From the sequence record MH479923.1: a DNA stretch of 24,000 bases; one strand, 5' to 3'. The position numbers were made by a program, and so were the translations under genes. The notes under the pieces were generated by a model. The model saw only the letters and a program-made list of their open reading frames with translations, did no database searches and was not told the DNA's origin. This document shows, piece after piece, positions 1 through 9,564 of this stretch (within the stretch, counting starts at the first letter, position 1; every line of letters starts with the position of its first letter). The stretch comes from Gordonia phage RobinSparkles.

Positions 1-143
1 AAATAGGCGGTATTATATGCATTGTATGCAGAAACTACAGCGGTATCTAGTTTCTCTTTCACGTCACTGGGTAGAAAATTGCAATCAATCTCAACCTCAG
101 TCCTCAGACCCATTTCATTGTCAATAATAACCCGAACGTTCAT
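1..143 (-). CDS. hypothetical protein, C-terminus truncated by window edge (MNVRVIIDNEMGLRTEVEIDCNFLPSDVKEKLD...)
   Basis: Open minus frame from ATG at 143, overlapping the stop of the next gene (ATGA); runs off the window. Confidence 0.6.
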   Translation of the reverse strand, partial: MNVRVIIDNEMGLRTEVEIDCNFLPSDVKEKLDTAVVSAYNAYNTAY

Positions 144-862
144 GCCAGTGCCTTAATCTCGTCAATGCTCACGTTATACATCTCAGCAAAAGTCTCGGCA
201 TCGAATCCATTTGCGAGACCCTTCTTAATGGACGCAATAGCAGTCTCGTTAAGCTTAGACTTCTTTTTCTTAGGGCCAGGTTGGGTAGGAGCCGGGGTAG
301 GTGATGGGGTTTCCATGGAAACACTCGGTGCCACACCAGACTGAACATTCGCTTCCGTGCCCTGTCCCGCAAGTCGAAGAGAATCCCCGGTCTGTCCCGG
401 TCCCATAAAACCCGGCGTATCTGGCAGTTCCTCTCCGGCAACTTTAGCCTTATAGCGCTTAACGGCCAGCCGCACCACCTGGTCGGAATTCTCAAATGCG
501 GGCGTGCAAATAATAACTAGAGCTTCGGCAAGGCCGCGACCGACAGAGGTTTTTCCCACATATTCAACCTTGTCATTAAGCCAATTCAATTCGTCCTCTG
601 ATGAATACCAAGGTCCAAGCTTCTCGATAGCCTTTTCCCTATTGAGAATTTTACCACCGCCATTCCAGTTCATGGCTTCGGACATTACCTCATCAAGCTT
701 AAACCAAATTTGTTGCACTAGAGTAGGTGCCATAACGTTTTTTCTCCTGTCGTGAAATAGCTTATAGTGTTCATCTAATTCGTCCCACTGGGACCGTGCT
801 GATTGTGAATGATCTGCTGGTTTATTGCAGACCTGACAATTCATAGTTACACTAGTCGTCAT
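140..862 (-). CDS. hypothetical protein, N-terminal CxxC, Pro/Lys-rich linker and C-terminal helical segment
   Basis: 240-aa ORF in a tightly packed minus operon; start may be the internal MNCQVCNKP. Confidence 0.75.
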   Translation of the reverse strand: MTTSVTMNCQVCNKPADHSQSARSQWDELDEHYKLFHDRRKNVMAPTLVQQIWFKLDEVMSEAMNWNGGGKILNREKAIEKLGPWYSSEDELNWLNDKVEYVGKTSVGRGLAEALVIICTPAFENSDQVVRLAVKRYKAKVAGEELPDTPGFMGPGQTGDSLRLAGQGTEANVQSGVAPSVSMETPSPTPAPTQPGPKKKKSKLNETAIASIKKGLANGFDAETFAEMYNVSIDEIKALA

Positions 863-1097
863 CTTCGTCTAGCTTGTATTTCTGATCAATCTTGCGTTCA
901 TTCGCTGGATCGGCATCTGTTTCTACACACTCTGAAACATTCCATTCTTCACCAAATTCATAGGGATCAAATGCGCCTGCATATGGCTCATTATCTAGTG
1001 CAATATTTCCAGCTTCTTCTTTATCAGGTGCAACAATAGTGTATGTAGCCGACACTTCGGTTGTGATAGTGACCCGATAAACCTTGTTATCACTCAT
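852..1097 (-). CDS. hypothetical acidic protein
   Basis: 81-aa ORF, overlaps neighbours by a few nt. Confidence 0.7.
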   Translation of the reverse strand: MSDNKVYRVTITTEVSATYTIVAPDKEEAGNIALDNEPYAGAFDPYEFGEEWNVSECVETDADPANERKIDQKYKLDEDDD

Positions 1098-1288
1098 TTA
1101 ATCAAACCTAACTGTACAAAAAATCCGTATACGGGTGCGGGTTTCCACCACCAATTATTAGTAACCCTCCAATACATCTCGCATTCATTGCATTGCCATA
1201 CGTCTCCAATTTCAACCCTTTGATTTATAGTAGGCTTCATACACTCGTGAAATCCTGTGACCGCACCCTTGCGTTTAATCCACCCCAT
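1094..1288 (-). CDS. hypothetical protein with Cys residues (MGWIKRKGAVTGFHEC...WQCNECEMYW)
   Basis: ORF 1094..1333; internal ATG (1288) preceded by a purine-rich GGGAATAGG fits better. Overlaps next gene. Confidence 0.6.
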   Translation of the reverse strand: MGWIKRKGAVTGFHECMKPTINQRVEIGDVWQCNECEMYWRVTNNWWWKPAPVYGFFVQLGLIK

Positions 1289-1442
1289 GCCTATTCCCGT
1301 ACTGTGAATAAACAACATTAGCAAATGGAGCATTAAATAATACTAACCATAGAGCAACCATATAAGCTGGTGTACCTATAAGCCACAGTGGTATTGTGAC
1401 TATAAATAGATTGCCGATTAGAATAAGTACTAACATTTTCAT
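1275..1442 (-). CDS. small membrane protein (55 aa)
   Basis: Internal start of ORF 1275..1649: MKMLVLILIGNLFIVTIPLWLIGTPAYMVALWLVLFNAPF..., two hydrophobic segments, start adjacent to upstream stop. Confidence 0.55.
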   Translation of the reverse strand: MKMLVLILIGNLFIVTIPLWLIGTPAYMVALWLVLFNAPFANVVYSQYGNRHGVD

Positions 1443-1443
1443 T

Positions 1444-1653
1444 TTACCGCCTCCGTCGTGGCTTGGCTCGAACGCTAGATGTTTTATGGTAATACCCACA
1501 CCTGCATCTATAAGTACTAGTGGGTCCAAGACCTGTCTTTGCCCATTGACCGCTAATAGCCCTATTCGCCTCATACTTATTAGTAAATCGTTGCTTGTTA
1601 GGCGTAGGGCATTTTTTAGGCATTGCCTTTCTTTTCCGGGGGACGCCAATCAT
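1444..1653 (-). CDS. basic Cys/His-containing small protein (MIGVPRKRKAMPKKCPTPNKQRFTNKYEANRAI...YRCRCGYYHKTSS)
   Basis: Basic protein with CxC...H arrangement; consistent with operon spacing. Confidence 0.6.
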   Translation of the reverse strand: MIGVPRKRKAMPKKCPTPNKQRFTNKYEANRAISGQWAKTGLGPTSTYRCRCGYYHKTSSVRAKPRRRR

Positions 1654-1873
1654 ATGTCATACCCAGAATAATAAGAGCACCGGCAAACATGCCACACACA
1701 AGGCGAACAAACTGGAATCCCCACCACCACGGCTGCCATTGTTCCAGGTATACATTACTCAGAAATGTGAACGATATCCATAGCAATACCATAAGCACTG
1801 CCATAGTGTACAGAAAGCGCTTGGTAAACTTGTCTCGTCCAATATGATTAAGGTGTTTATCAATGGGATTCAT
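1616..1873 (-). CDS. small membrane protein
   Basis: 85-aa ORF with two predicted hydrophobic helices. Confidence 0.6.
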   Translation of the reverse strand: MNPIDKHLNHIGRDKFTKRFLYTMAVLMVLLWISFTFLSNVYLEQWQPWWWGFQFVRLVCGMFAGALIILGMTYDWRPPEKKGNA

Positions 1874-2079
1874 GGTTTCATCTCCAATGTCTTAAGCCCA
1901 AGACTCATCATGCCAATCTTGGATTGCTTTTTCACTGCTTTACCAAAGGTTGCTGATGGTGATAATCCATGCTTACGAATATAATCACCATAGTGTTCCA
2001 TCCATTCTGCCTCGTCTACCTCCGCATCAACGACAACCGATACACTAAGTTTCCCTTTATCCTTTTTAGATTCCGACAT
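1870..2079 (-). CDS. hypothetical protein
   Basis: 69-aa ORF with 4-nt overlap with the next gene. Confidence 0.65.
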   Translation of the reverse strand: MSESKKDKGKLSVSVVVDAEVDEAEWMEHYGDYIRKHGLSPSATFGKAVKKQSKIGMMSLGLKTLEMKP

Positions 2080-4270
2080 TATTAATCCTCTTCTCGATTT
2101 CCTTGAGAACCGATTTTAGGTCGGTGGGATCGGTAACTAGTACTGTATCCATTCCGACCTCATTCGGAGAATCAGTCTCAAGCCCCACGCCAAGCATTGC
2201 AATTCCAAGCCTGCGCAGAATCTTAATTTCTCTCTGAACAATAGGAATCTCTTCTTCGCGCAAGGTGGCAGGAATGTCGCCATCTGTAAAGTAGATGAGC
2301 AATTTCTTTCGTGCTCTCGACCTCTCTAGCACCTTACGATACACCTGCAAGTTGTGTCCATCAAGGCTACCTGCTGCGGGAATTAATGAAAGACACTTTT
2401 CTTTGGCTACATTATCCCACGGTTCGTTGATAGTCTTGCAAGGCAATAGAACCTGATTAATCCGACCTGTAGCATGACCAGTTCGGTGACCATACAGTGA
2501 GAAATTGACATCGACTTTTTGCAGAAGTTCGGCGGTAGAATATCCGATATGAATGATATTCTTAAATAGACCATTGTGACTTGTTGAGCTAGAAAGGTCT
2601 AATCCAATACATACCTCAAAATCAACACCCTGTGCGCGGAGTTTCTTTTTAAAGATGCGCTCATCATCTCCCCACGCACGCTTTCCTAGTATCGCCCCAT
2701 CTACCTTTCCCTTGGTGAGATTGCGATAGTTTTTGTCAAGCTTTGACTCAGAAAATACACGCCTAGCATGAATAACAGAAGAGGCAATGCTCATCATATT
2801 CGGCGGATTAACTGGCTTGAATCTTTTTTGTCGAAGGTTCTCAATAGGATTTACATATACCAACTCACCGACAAGCTTGGTGTACTCATCATAATTCTCA
2901 ACCTGAGAAATGATAGCGGTTAGTTCGGCTTCATTGACCCCTAGATCATTGAAACCTACCCTGTCATCATTGGCTTCATTAGATTGAACTTCGGAAGTTT
3001 TCACATGAATTGTACACTGATGTGGTTGACCTATTTGCTCGGGGGAAGGAGCTTGTTCGCTAGGAACTGGTGAATTTTGTCCGCTGTCTCCGGTGCCATC
3101 GTCGGAAATATCGTCTTTATTAGGCTCGGGAGTGCTATCGCTATCAGACTTATCGTTGCTATCGGGCTGTGGTAAATCATGCCCTGATTGACGATCATCA
3201 GTATCGTCTGAATTCCCAGAACTATTGTCATGCTCATTGTTACCAGGATCACGTTCTGTCTGTTCACCCTCATTCCCAGAAGAATTCGAGCTATCAGTAG
3301 AACTCTTGTCGTCTGCATCCACGGCAGTTTCGTCTGTTCTATCAGGGCTTCCAATTCCGTCTGTGGATTCTCCTGATTCATCTCCTGATTCGTTTCCGTC
3401 TTCTCCCCCTGGTTCCGATTGTTGTTCGTCATCTTCTTCCTGAAAAAATCCGTGCTGCTTCATGAATCCAACAAAGGCCACGCTCATGAGAACAGAGTGC
3501 ATGGGATTAATAAACGGTACGTTCTTAGATTCCTCAATGAATTTACGTACAGGAGAAACAACCTTGGGATCAAAATGATTTTCAATCTCGTGCCCCTGTG
3601 CGGCAAATAGCCAAGCGCTAAACGCTTGAATATCTACATGCCTAGACTTCCAAAACATAACCTTGCCGTCAAGGTCTTCAATACCATTGACAAGAATACT
3701 CTCAGCATCATGCCATACCATAGTAGCGAATCCGGGCTGGGAAATGGTTACCAGTTCTTCCATCCGATAATCTTCAAAGAAATTCCAGCCCTGGCCCACA
3801 TAAGGATTGAGCTTATTCGCTAGCTCAACGGCCTGCATGTAGCGATTCTTTTCTCGAATTCGCTTTCGCAACTTAGAAGCGTAAGAAATGCCACCGAATT
3901 CTACGGCAGTGTCTGAAATTTCGGATTGATATTCAAGTGGATCAATCTCGAAATTCAGAGAGTTAAAAATAATATGCCCTAGTTCATGATGCAGGTTGGT
4001 GTACAGTTCCTCGATCCTGCGGCACCCAGGGCACAGTTCACGGTGATCATCGCCACGCTGATAGCACAGATTGCGTACGTGCTCAGGCTTGTAGGCCAGG
4101 GTCAGCGGAGGCGTCAGGAAAATAGTCTTACCATCAGTTTGTGTAACCGGACCGGCTTTAACTTCCACTCTCTTGCCAGCAAGAGAACTAGCGAAAGCCG
4201 AAAGGCTTGGCCTAATTCGATTGAATTCCTTGACTACCCGTACTGCACGTTCCTCTTTTGTTTCATTCAA
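2066..4270 (-). CDS. VWA-like (CobT/MoxR-partner-like) protein with putative zinc metallopeptidase motif
   Basis: 734 aa; HHELGHIIFN (HExxH-type) in the N-terminal part, long Ser/Asp/Glu-rich linker, C-terminal VCIGLDLSSSTSHNGLF (DxSxS MIDAS-like) and LLIYFTDGD, as in VWA domains. Confidence 0.75.
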   Translation of the reverse strand: MNETKEERAVRVVKEFNRIRPSLSAFASSLAGKRVEVKAGPVTQTDGKTIFLTPPLTLAYKPEHVRNLCYQRGDDHRELCPGCRRIEELYTNLHHELGHIIFNSLNFEIDPLEYQSEISDTAVEFGGISYASKLRKRIREKNRYMQAVELANKLNPYVGQGWNFFEDYRMEELVTISQPGFATMVWHDAESILVNGIEDLDGKVMFWKSRHVDIQAFSAWLFAAQGHEIENHFDPKVVSPVRKFIEESKNVPFINPMHSVLMSVAFVGFMKQHGFFQEEDDEQQSEPGGEDGNESGDESGESTDGIGSPDRTDETAVDADDKSSTDSSNSSGNEGEQTERDPGNNEHDNSSGNSDDTDDRQSGHDLPQPDSNDKSDSDSTPEPNKDDISDDGTGDSGQNSPVPSEQAPSPEQIGQPHQCTIHVKTSEVQSNEANDDRVGFNDLGVNEAELTAIISQVENYDEYTKLVGELVYVNPIENLRQKRFKPVNPPNMMSIASSVIHARRVFSESKLDKNYRNLTKGKVDGAILGKRAWGDDERIFKKKLRAQGVDFEVCIGLDLSSSTSHNGLFKNIIHIGYSTAELLQKVDVNFSLYGHRTGHATGRINQVLLPCKTINEPWDNVAKEKCLSLIPAAGSLDGHNLQVYRKVLERSRARKKLLIYFTDGDIPATLREEEIPIVQREIKILRRLGIAMLGVGLETDSPNEVGMDTVLVTDPTDLKSVLKEIEKRINNVGI

Positions 4271-4605
4271 TTGATACCTCCCCTTGCCGACTTTTGGTGC
4301 TGAGCGAATGCACCAGTCACGATACCATTGATTACCAAGTCCATGCTACCCTCGGGAACAGAAGAAATAACTCGATCATTAACAATGATGTCCCATTGAT
4401 CGAACTGGTCTCGTCCGTCCACCAGGTGGGTGATATGGCGAACCTTGAACTTCAATCCGGTTTTAGCTTGTGCAACACCAATCTTGTAACGGATCGAATC
4501 AAGCAAGGTGGTAAATTCACCGGGGCCAGGAACGGTATAAAAACCGCCCACATCTTCTTTGATCTCTACATCAATGGCATCAAAAACAACCTGACGATTA
4601 GGCAT
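4267..4605 (-). CDS. hypothetical protein
   Basis: 112-aa ORF, ATGA overlap with downstream gene. Confidence 0.7.
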   Translation of the reverse strand: MPNRQVVFDAIDVEIKEDVGGFYTVPGPGEFTTLLDSIRYKIGVAQAKTGLKFKVRHITHLVDGRDQFDQWDIIVNDRVISSVPEGSMDLVINGIVTGAFAQHQKSARGGIN

Positions 4606-4894
4606 TGTTAACTCCTAGTACGATATGTCCGAAATCCGATACAACCTTATTGTACATCTTAATACGTTCTTCTAGATCGCTTACCAGCTTTTCAACCCTC
4701 ATCTTTTCTGGCGAGTTGTTGTTAACAATAGTCAGCGTATCCTTTACCTTTCTAGCCATAAGCAAAGCTTCATCGAGGATTATGACCGGAACAAACACAG
4801 ACTCAGTGAGAATCATCTGCGTAAGAATAGCCACAATATCTTCAACACTTGGGTTGCTTAAATTGGGTACCTCTGGCATTGGAACATTACTCAT
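4598..4894 (-). CDS. hypothetical protein
   Basis: 98-aa ORF, overlapping junctions. Confidence 0.7.
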   Translation of the reverse strand: MSNVPMPEVPNLSNPSVEDIVAILTQMILTESVFVPVIILDEALLMARKVKDTLTIVNNNSPEKMRVEKLVSDLEERIKMYNKVVSDFGHIVLGVNNA

Positions 4895-5063
4895 ATCTTT
4901 TCCTTAGCTCATCCGGTGAAAACGACCATTCCATCCCGTCAATCCAGTCATATTCAATAATTACTCTGTCGCCTTCTACTCTGACAATTTCGCCTTTGTT
5001 ATTAGAAGGTGCTCTGGTTTTTACCTCCACCTTAGTACCGGGTCTACAATTTTTAAGCTTCAT
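4887..5063 (-). CDS. small protein of 58 aa (MKLKNCRPGTKVEVKTRAPSNNKGEIVRVEGDRVIIEYDWIDGMEWSFSPDELRKRYE), SH3/KOW-like appearance
   Basis: Manually translated; below the ORF-track size cut-off; overlapping start/stop at both ends. Confidence 0.65.
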   Translation of the reverse strand: MKLKNCRPGTKVEVKTRAPSNNKGEIVRVEGDRVIIEYDWIDGMEWSFSPDELRKRYE

Positions 5064-5215
5064 GCTTTTTCCTTATATTGTTCACATTCACATTCAAAGC
5101 AATAGCTTGTTTGCATTCCGCATGGACAACCTTCATGGTCTAAATGGGCGTGTCCACAAATACAATTAGGAAGTTTTTCATCTGGATCACTTGGATCACA
5201 ATAGCAGATAGTCAT
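5060..5215 (-). CDS. cysteine-rich 51-aa protein (MTICYCDPSDPDEKLPNCICGHAHLDHEGCPCGMQTSYCFECECEQYKEKA)
   Basis: Manually translated; fills the gap exactly with ATGA overlap to the next gene. Confidence 0.65.
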   Translation of the reverse strand: MTICYCDPSDPDEKLPNCICGHAHLDHEGCPCGMQTSYCFECECEQYKEKA

Positions 5216-5655
5216 TAGAAATGCTGTCCAGCCTTGCGCTTTGTGGCTAAAACCTCGGAGTAGTGACGGTTCTCTTCCAGGAGTTCCTTCACGGAATTAA
5301 GAGCACCGAAAGACCGGTCATTAAAATCATCATAGGTAGATGCAATATCTACCAAGGTTTTGAGCAGAGGCTCAGAAATGGCAACCTTGTCACTATCATG
5401 CAGTGCCGTGTACAGCATATCAGCCAGGATGGCATAAGGGAAGGCTAGAAATGCATCAGGCAATCCAGTAACAGTAATTGGTTCACGCGGAATCTTGTCC
5501 AGATTATCGTAATCCGTAGCCTGAACCGAATTAGCGGTATTATTCATTATCAATTGCAGATTAAAATGCTTACGCTCTCTTTCGCTCTGCTGATACATGC
5601 CATATGCAGACTGAATACCATGAGCAACAGCAACAAGAATACCTGTAAAGTTCAT
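5215..5655 (-). CDS. hypothetical protein (MNFTGILVAVAHGIQSAYGMYQ...)
   Basis: ORF 5215..5709, but GGAGGAAATATG places the start at 5655; the N-terminal extension in the track is the 40-bp repeat. Confidence 0.75.
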   Translation of the reverse strand: MNFTGILVAVAHGIQSAYGMYQQSERERKHFNLQLIMNNTANSVQATDYDNLDKIPREPITVTGLPDAFLAFPYAILADMLYTALHDSDKVAISEPLLKTLVDIASTYDDFNDRSFGALNSVKELLEENRHYSEVLATKRKAGQHF

Positions 5656-5664
5656 ATTTCCTCC

Positions 5665-5703
5665 AAAAAGCCAGCTTTTATTTTGTCCGATATTTGAGAG
5701 ACC
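5665..5703 (-). repeat. start-associated ~40-bp repeat, single copy
   Basis: Minus strand GGTCTCTCAAATATCGGACAAAATAAAAGCTGGCTTTTT directly before GGAGGAAATATG. Confidence 0.85.
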
Positions 5704-5705
5704 TA

Positions 5706-7346
5706 TCACCGTGAATTACTCTTAACAATCCCCAATACAATTTCCCCTGAGTCTGGATCAATAAAGTCCACGATAGCTAGCCTAAAGCAATCAACGATAT
5801 TGAAATACTGAGTAGCCAATGCCACCTTAATTGTCTGTGCAGTTCCCCACCTAAATGGCAATGTGTCGCTAGCAGACTGAGCACGAATAACATTGACAAT
5901 TCTACTGATAGTGTTGTACAGGGAAGTTGGCAGTGCATATCCATCGGTGAGGCAGCGTTCCATAATGATTTGCTTTTCAGTCGCTGCATCTGGTGGTGGT
6001 ACATAAATGTGCATCAATCGACGTGCATCAGCATCTCCAATTTCATGAGTACCCACATTGAGAATGTCCCACACAGGATTCATTGCCATGCCGAAATAGC
6101 AATGCTCATTCTTCGGAATCTTCTGACCTTTATCCATATCCAATACAAGTTGCTTGGAATTGTCGGTGAGTGGTCGGAAGAATTGCCATACATCAGGCGG
6201 TCCAACGTTAGGCTCATCAATTACCAGAACGCAGCGAGAATTCCAAGCCTTGGGAATAACACCCATTTGAAAATAGGTACCAATATCCTTGGCGTACTCA
6301 GTCTTTCCAGCCAGGTGGTCGATATCCGTGGAGTTATTAATAGACACACGGCGAAATGGTAGCTGCATCTGGTAAGCAATAAACCTAAATGCTTCTGTCT
6401 TTCCTACGCCTGCCGTACCGGAAAGGCTCGGAGTAAACCCCATCTTCCATAGTGCAAGCATTCTGTAGAGCAATCCAAGGTGGTCTAGATATAGCTCGGG
6501 GTGCTCATCATCGCCAGGACGTGGGATATTTTTCCTGTCCTCGTCATTGAATGACGACGGATTGAAGATGGGCATCATAATATAGCGTGTTCCATTAGGT
6601 TCGGTAACCTTACGCCACGCCTGAATGCCGTGAATCTTCTTATCTTCTTCGCTTACCAATTGATCAGTCTGGTAATCTAGCGGATCATCGAATTTCATAT
6701 TCTCTGGCGCAATATCTAGAACCATGTCAGGAAAGATATCTACCGTTGCGATATTGTTGTCACTGTTTGGACCCTTAACACCCTTATGGCAAGTGCGAGC
6801 AATAGGGGCACCTTGTCCCGGAAGAATAAGGGTGCCGTACACAGTACAAGCGGGCAGGGTAGATTCCACACCAATTTCTGCGGACACCGCGTTAATAGGT
6901 GCTCGTCTAAATGCACAGAATGCACATGATGCAGGCTTTTCTTGGTCGCTGTTTCGTGGCCCCGGATCAAACGATGGAATACCTAGGGCAATCCATTTGT
7001 GGTTATACTCTGCTGGCCCTGCATTAATACCGGGAGAAATTGCTGATGTTTCCCATTCATCGCAATTGCTAGCGATACTGTCCTGAATCTTGACAGTATT
7101 TTCTTGGCTGTCATTAGTGTTGGAAATAATTCTACCGAACTTTGCGCACACGTCATTGCCAACGGTGTCACCAAACAGTCGGCTACTAACGTTAGGCTTT
7201 TTACCGTCGATAAAGTGAATGCATGTACGGCAGTTCTTTTGCAGCCTTAACTTTTCTGTGTTGTCTGGGATTGTAACCGTACTCGTCGTACCATCTGGAT
7301 TTTTTATAATTGCATTAGGCACACTAGGCATACTAGTCATCGTCAC
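5706..7346 (-). CDS. MoxR-like AAA+ ATPase with Cys-rich N-terminal region
   Basis: 546 aa; Walker A GTAGVGKTEAF, Walker B CVLVIDEPN, N-terminal CRTCIHF...C...C...C clusters. Confidence 0.85.
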   Translation of the reverse strand: MTMTSMPSVPNAIIKNPDGTTSTVTIPDNTEKLRLQKNCRTCIHFIDGKKPNVSSRLFGDTVGNDVCAKFGRIISNTNDSQENTVKIQDSIASNCDEWETSAISPGINAGPAEYNHKWIALGIPSFDPGPRNSDQEKPASCAFCAFRRAPINAVSAEIGVESTLPACTVYGTLILPGQGAPIARTCHKGVKGPNSDNNIATVDIFPDMVLDIAPENMKFDDPLDYQTDQLVSEEDKKIHGIQAWRKVTEPNGTRYIMMPIFNPSSFNDEDRKNIPRPGDDEHPELYLDHLGLLYRMLALWKMGFTPSLSGTAGVGKTEAFRFIAYQMQLPFRRVSINNSTDIDHLAGKTEYAKDIGTYFQMGVIPKAWNSRCVLVIDEPNVGPPDVWQFFRPLTDNSKQLVLDMDKGQKIPKNEHCYFGMAMNPVWDILNVGTHEIGDADARRLMHIYVPPPDAATEKQIIMERCLTDGYALPTSLYNTISRIVNVIRAQSASDTLPFRWGTAQTIKVALATQYFNIVDCFRLAIVDFIDPDSGEIVLGIVKSNSR

Positions 7347-8223
7347 CGTCCTTATTACTTCTAGCTAGGGCTGTATCAATATCCATTCTTGTTAGTTTCT
7401 CTGCGCATACTGGCCCAATGCCACGTTTTACAGACTCCAATATTTCAATTTTTCTGCCGCAAACTGCACAGAATTTATACTGCTCGCACAATGCTAGTAC
7501 TTCATCTTGTGTCATCGGATTCTGATAGATGAGCTTTCTAAACATGGAAGATGGTGACTCCATGAATGTTACTTCATTACTACTCTCTGACATAAGAGAA
7601 ACTTCTACCTTGCGAGATTTGCCAACACGGCGGATTCTGAATATAGAATCTTTATAGACATAGAACCCAGACTTAAACATGTCCGCATTAATAGCCCACT
7701 TGTAACGCTCGTCTACGTTTTCCAAAACCTTAAGAGCTTTGGTTATAAACTCTAGTCTCTCATTAGATGATTTAAGTGCTTGGTGTACAAATTCTCTGTA
7801 GTTAGAAAAAATATTTTTTAGCCGGTTTGCATTATCCAGTGATGAATATGCACGATCATCGTAAATATATGATGCATTTATATCTACTTGAAAATGGAAT
7901 GCTTCAACAAGCTGGTTTAAATTTTTCCTATCTCTTTCTCTGGCTATTGCTGCGTCATCAAGTTTAGACCTGTTCTTTTCAATATTCTGAAACAGGGTAG
8001 TGATTACCGCATGAGCTTGAGATTTATCAAAGTCCCAATGATATAGCTTAGAATTGTAGAGTTCGGTAGTGAACTGATTAAACAGTTTTTCTATACCCTC
8101 GTCTGATGTTTTATAATCCCTAACTATACTCATAAATACCTCTATTTGCTCATCTACATCGGTAAATGCAACAATTTGCATACCCTTCTTGTCTTCTGGT
8201 ATCTGTTCCAGCTTCTCTGTCAT
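7333..8223 (-). CDS. protein with DUF6011-like C-terminal Cys motif
   Basis: 296 aa; CAVCGRKIEILESVKRGIGPVCAEKL resembles the C-x2-C...G-x-GPxCxxK motif. Confidence 0.65.
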   Translation of the reverse strand: MTEKLEQIPEDKKGMQIVAFTDVDEQIEVFMSIVRDYKTSDEGIEKLFNQFTTELYNSKLYHWDFDKSQAHAVITTLFQNIEKNRSKLDDAAIARERDRKNLNQLVEAFHFQVDINASYIYDDRAYSSLDNANRLKNIFSNYREFVHQALKSSNERLEFITKALKVLENVDERYKWAINADMFKSGFYVYKDSIFRIRRVGKSRKVEVSLMSESSNEVTFMESPSSMFRKLIYQNPMTQDEVLALCEQYKFCAVCGRKIEILESVKRGIGPVCAEKLTRMDIDTALARSNKDGDDD

Positions 8224-8408
8224 GGGACGTATCCGATATCCGTTCCGTAGAGAGCGGTGGTATTACCAAATTCATCGCTACATACAAACAGACCATTAAG
8301 ATCGGCAATACGCTTTTGGTAACGAGAGTCATGGCGGGACGTGTCAATCTTAGAAATTACTTTCCATTGCTTGCCGTCAAATTCTACAGTTTTTCCGATC
8401 ATGTCCAT
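8220..8408 (-). CDS. hypothetical protein
   Basis: 62-aa ORF with 4-nt overlap with the downstream start. Confidence 0.65.
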   Translation of the reverse strand: MDMIGKTVEFDGKQWKVISKIDTSRHDSRYQKRIADLNGLFVCSDEFGNTTALYGTDIGYVP

Positions 8409-8884
8409 TACTTGCCTACCTCTCCCTGTGCATGGGTACCGTACTTATGCAGCCAATCGCCTACGGTGCGTGCCTTCATTTCAACGCTTTGAATTACGTT
8501 GTTCACGCCGACCTGAGATTTAAGCAAATCGTATAGTTGCCGCGCCGGGGCCGGGTGAATAAATTCCTGATACCAATCGTTCTCGTGATATCCGGCACCA
8601 TAGGTAACAACTACAAGATATTCAAATCCAGAGAAGTCGTCTCGGTCTGGGTATTCTCCTGCCGGTTCCTCGGTCACACTATCTGGACGCTTAGGTGATG
8701 CTTGGGGAATCTGTACTGGTGCGTCGGGACGGTTCTCATCAAGCCATTTTCCGTATGCTTCTTTCTTGGCTCTGGCTTTACTCTTATCATTAGGTACTGG
8801 AATCTGAGGGGGCATCGGGGGAATAATCGGATTGTTCAATTCCTGTCCACCTTCCGGGTCGGAGTTCAAAGACGATATCACCAC
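8408..8884 (-). CDS. hypothetical protein
   Basis: 158-aa ORF. Confidence 0.65.
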   Translation of the reverse strand: MVISSLNSDPEGGQELNNPIIPPMPPQIPVPNDKSKARAKKEAYGKWLDENRPDAPVQIPQASPKRPDSVTEEPAGEYPDRDDFSGFEYLVVVTYGAGYHENDWYQEFIHPAPARQLYDLLKSQVGVNNVIQSVEMKARTVGDWLHKYGTHAQGEVGK

Positions 8885-9428
8885 AGTAAGCCGGGATGAC
8901 TGCCGGTGTCAAATGGTAATCTAGGCCGTAGCATAGGATTACTTCATTTAGATAAAGTACCGGCATGAATAGGTCTCGTGATATTGGACCAGTAGCCGGG
9001 GTGAATACTGTCACCGGATATACCGGTTGACTGTATATATTTGAAGAATTAAACGCACCCTCGTATTGTTCAAACTCACCTATTTCATGCGGTCTACTTG
9101 GGCAGTTAGCAGCATCCATCCATTCTGCCGCTGGTGAGTTCATGTAGGGGCCGATGAGGTCGGAGCCTGTACGGCTACCCAGTAGGCCGGAATCCACCTC
9201 ATATACCTGTGTAGGTGAATAAAATGAGATTGCGTTCTCGGAATAGAACTGAATAAACCAATCTCCCAGTTCGATGGGCTTAGGTTCTTTGATCAAATCA
9301 ATACCGTCAATAACCATCATGTGAATACGCGAAGGCGCACCCTCAGGATGGACGATAGTAATCTGATCAATGGTAATCATGTTAAAACTCGCAATCTTTC
9401 TTATGACTAATGTCGTGAATCCATACAT
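8790..9428 (-). CDS. hypothetical protein
   Basis: 212-aa ORF; true start probably internal MITIDQITIVHPEG (~9380). Confidence 0.65.
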   Translation of the reverse strand: MYGFTTLVIRKIASFNMITIDQITIVHPEGAPSRIHMMVIDGIDLIKEPKPIELGDWFIQFYSENAISFYSPTQVYEVDSGLLGSRTGSDLIGPYMNSPAAEWMDAANCPSRPHEIGEFEQYEGAFNSSNIYSQPVYPVTVFTPATGPISRDLFMPVLYLNEVILCYGLDYHLTPAVIPAYCGDIVFELRPGRWTGIEQSDYSPDAPSDSST

Positions 9429-9564
9429 ACTCCATTATCAATATGTCCTCAAACTGAGTAATTGGCTCATGACAATTACAGCAAACGGCTTTGGACCTGG
9501 ACTCTCCATTCAGGGTCTGCTTCATGGAGCTTGGAACCGGGTGGGCGGTTGGATTCATAGACAT
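9382..9564 (-). CDS. small CxxC protein (AVCCNCHEPITQFEDILIMEYVWIHDISHKKDCEF)
   Basis: Zinc-binding-like C-x2-C...H...C pattern. Confidence 0.55.
   Translation of the reverse strand: MSMNPTAHPVPSSMKQTLNGESRSKAVCCNCHEPITQFEDILIMEYVWIHDISHKKDCEF

Noticed and set aside
3225-3443. Plus-strand ORFs antisense to the 734-aa gene, and most other plus-strand ORFs in the track
   Set aside because: Low-complexity mirror frames of real minus genes, with no ribosome-binding sites and no independent support.
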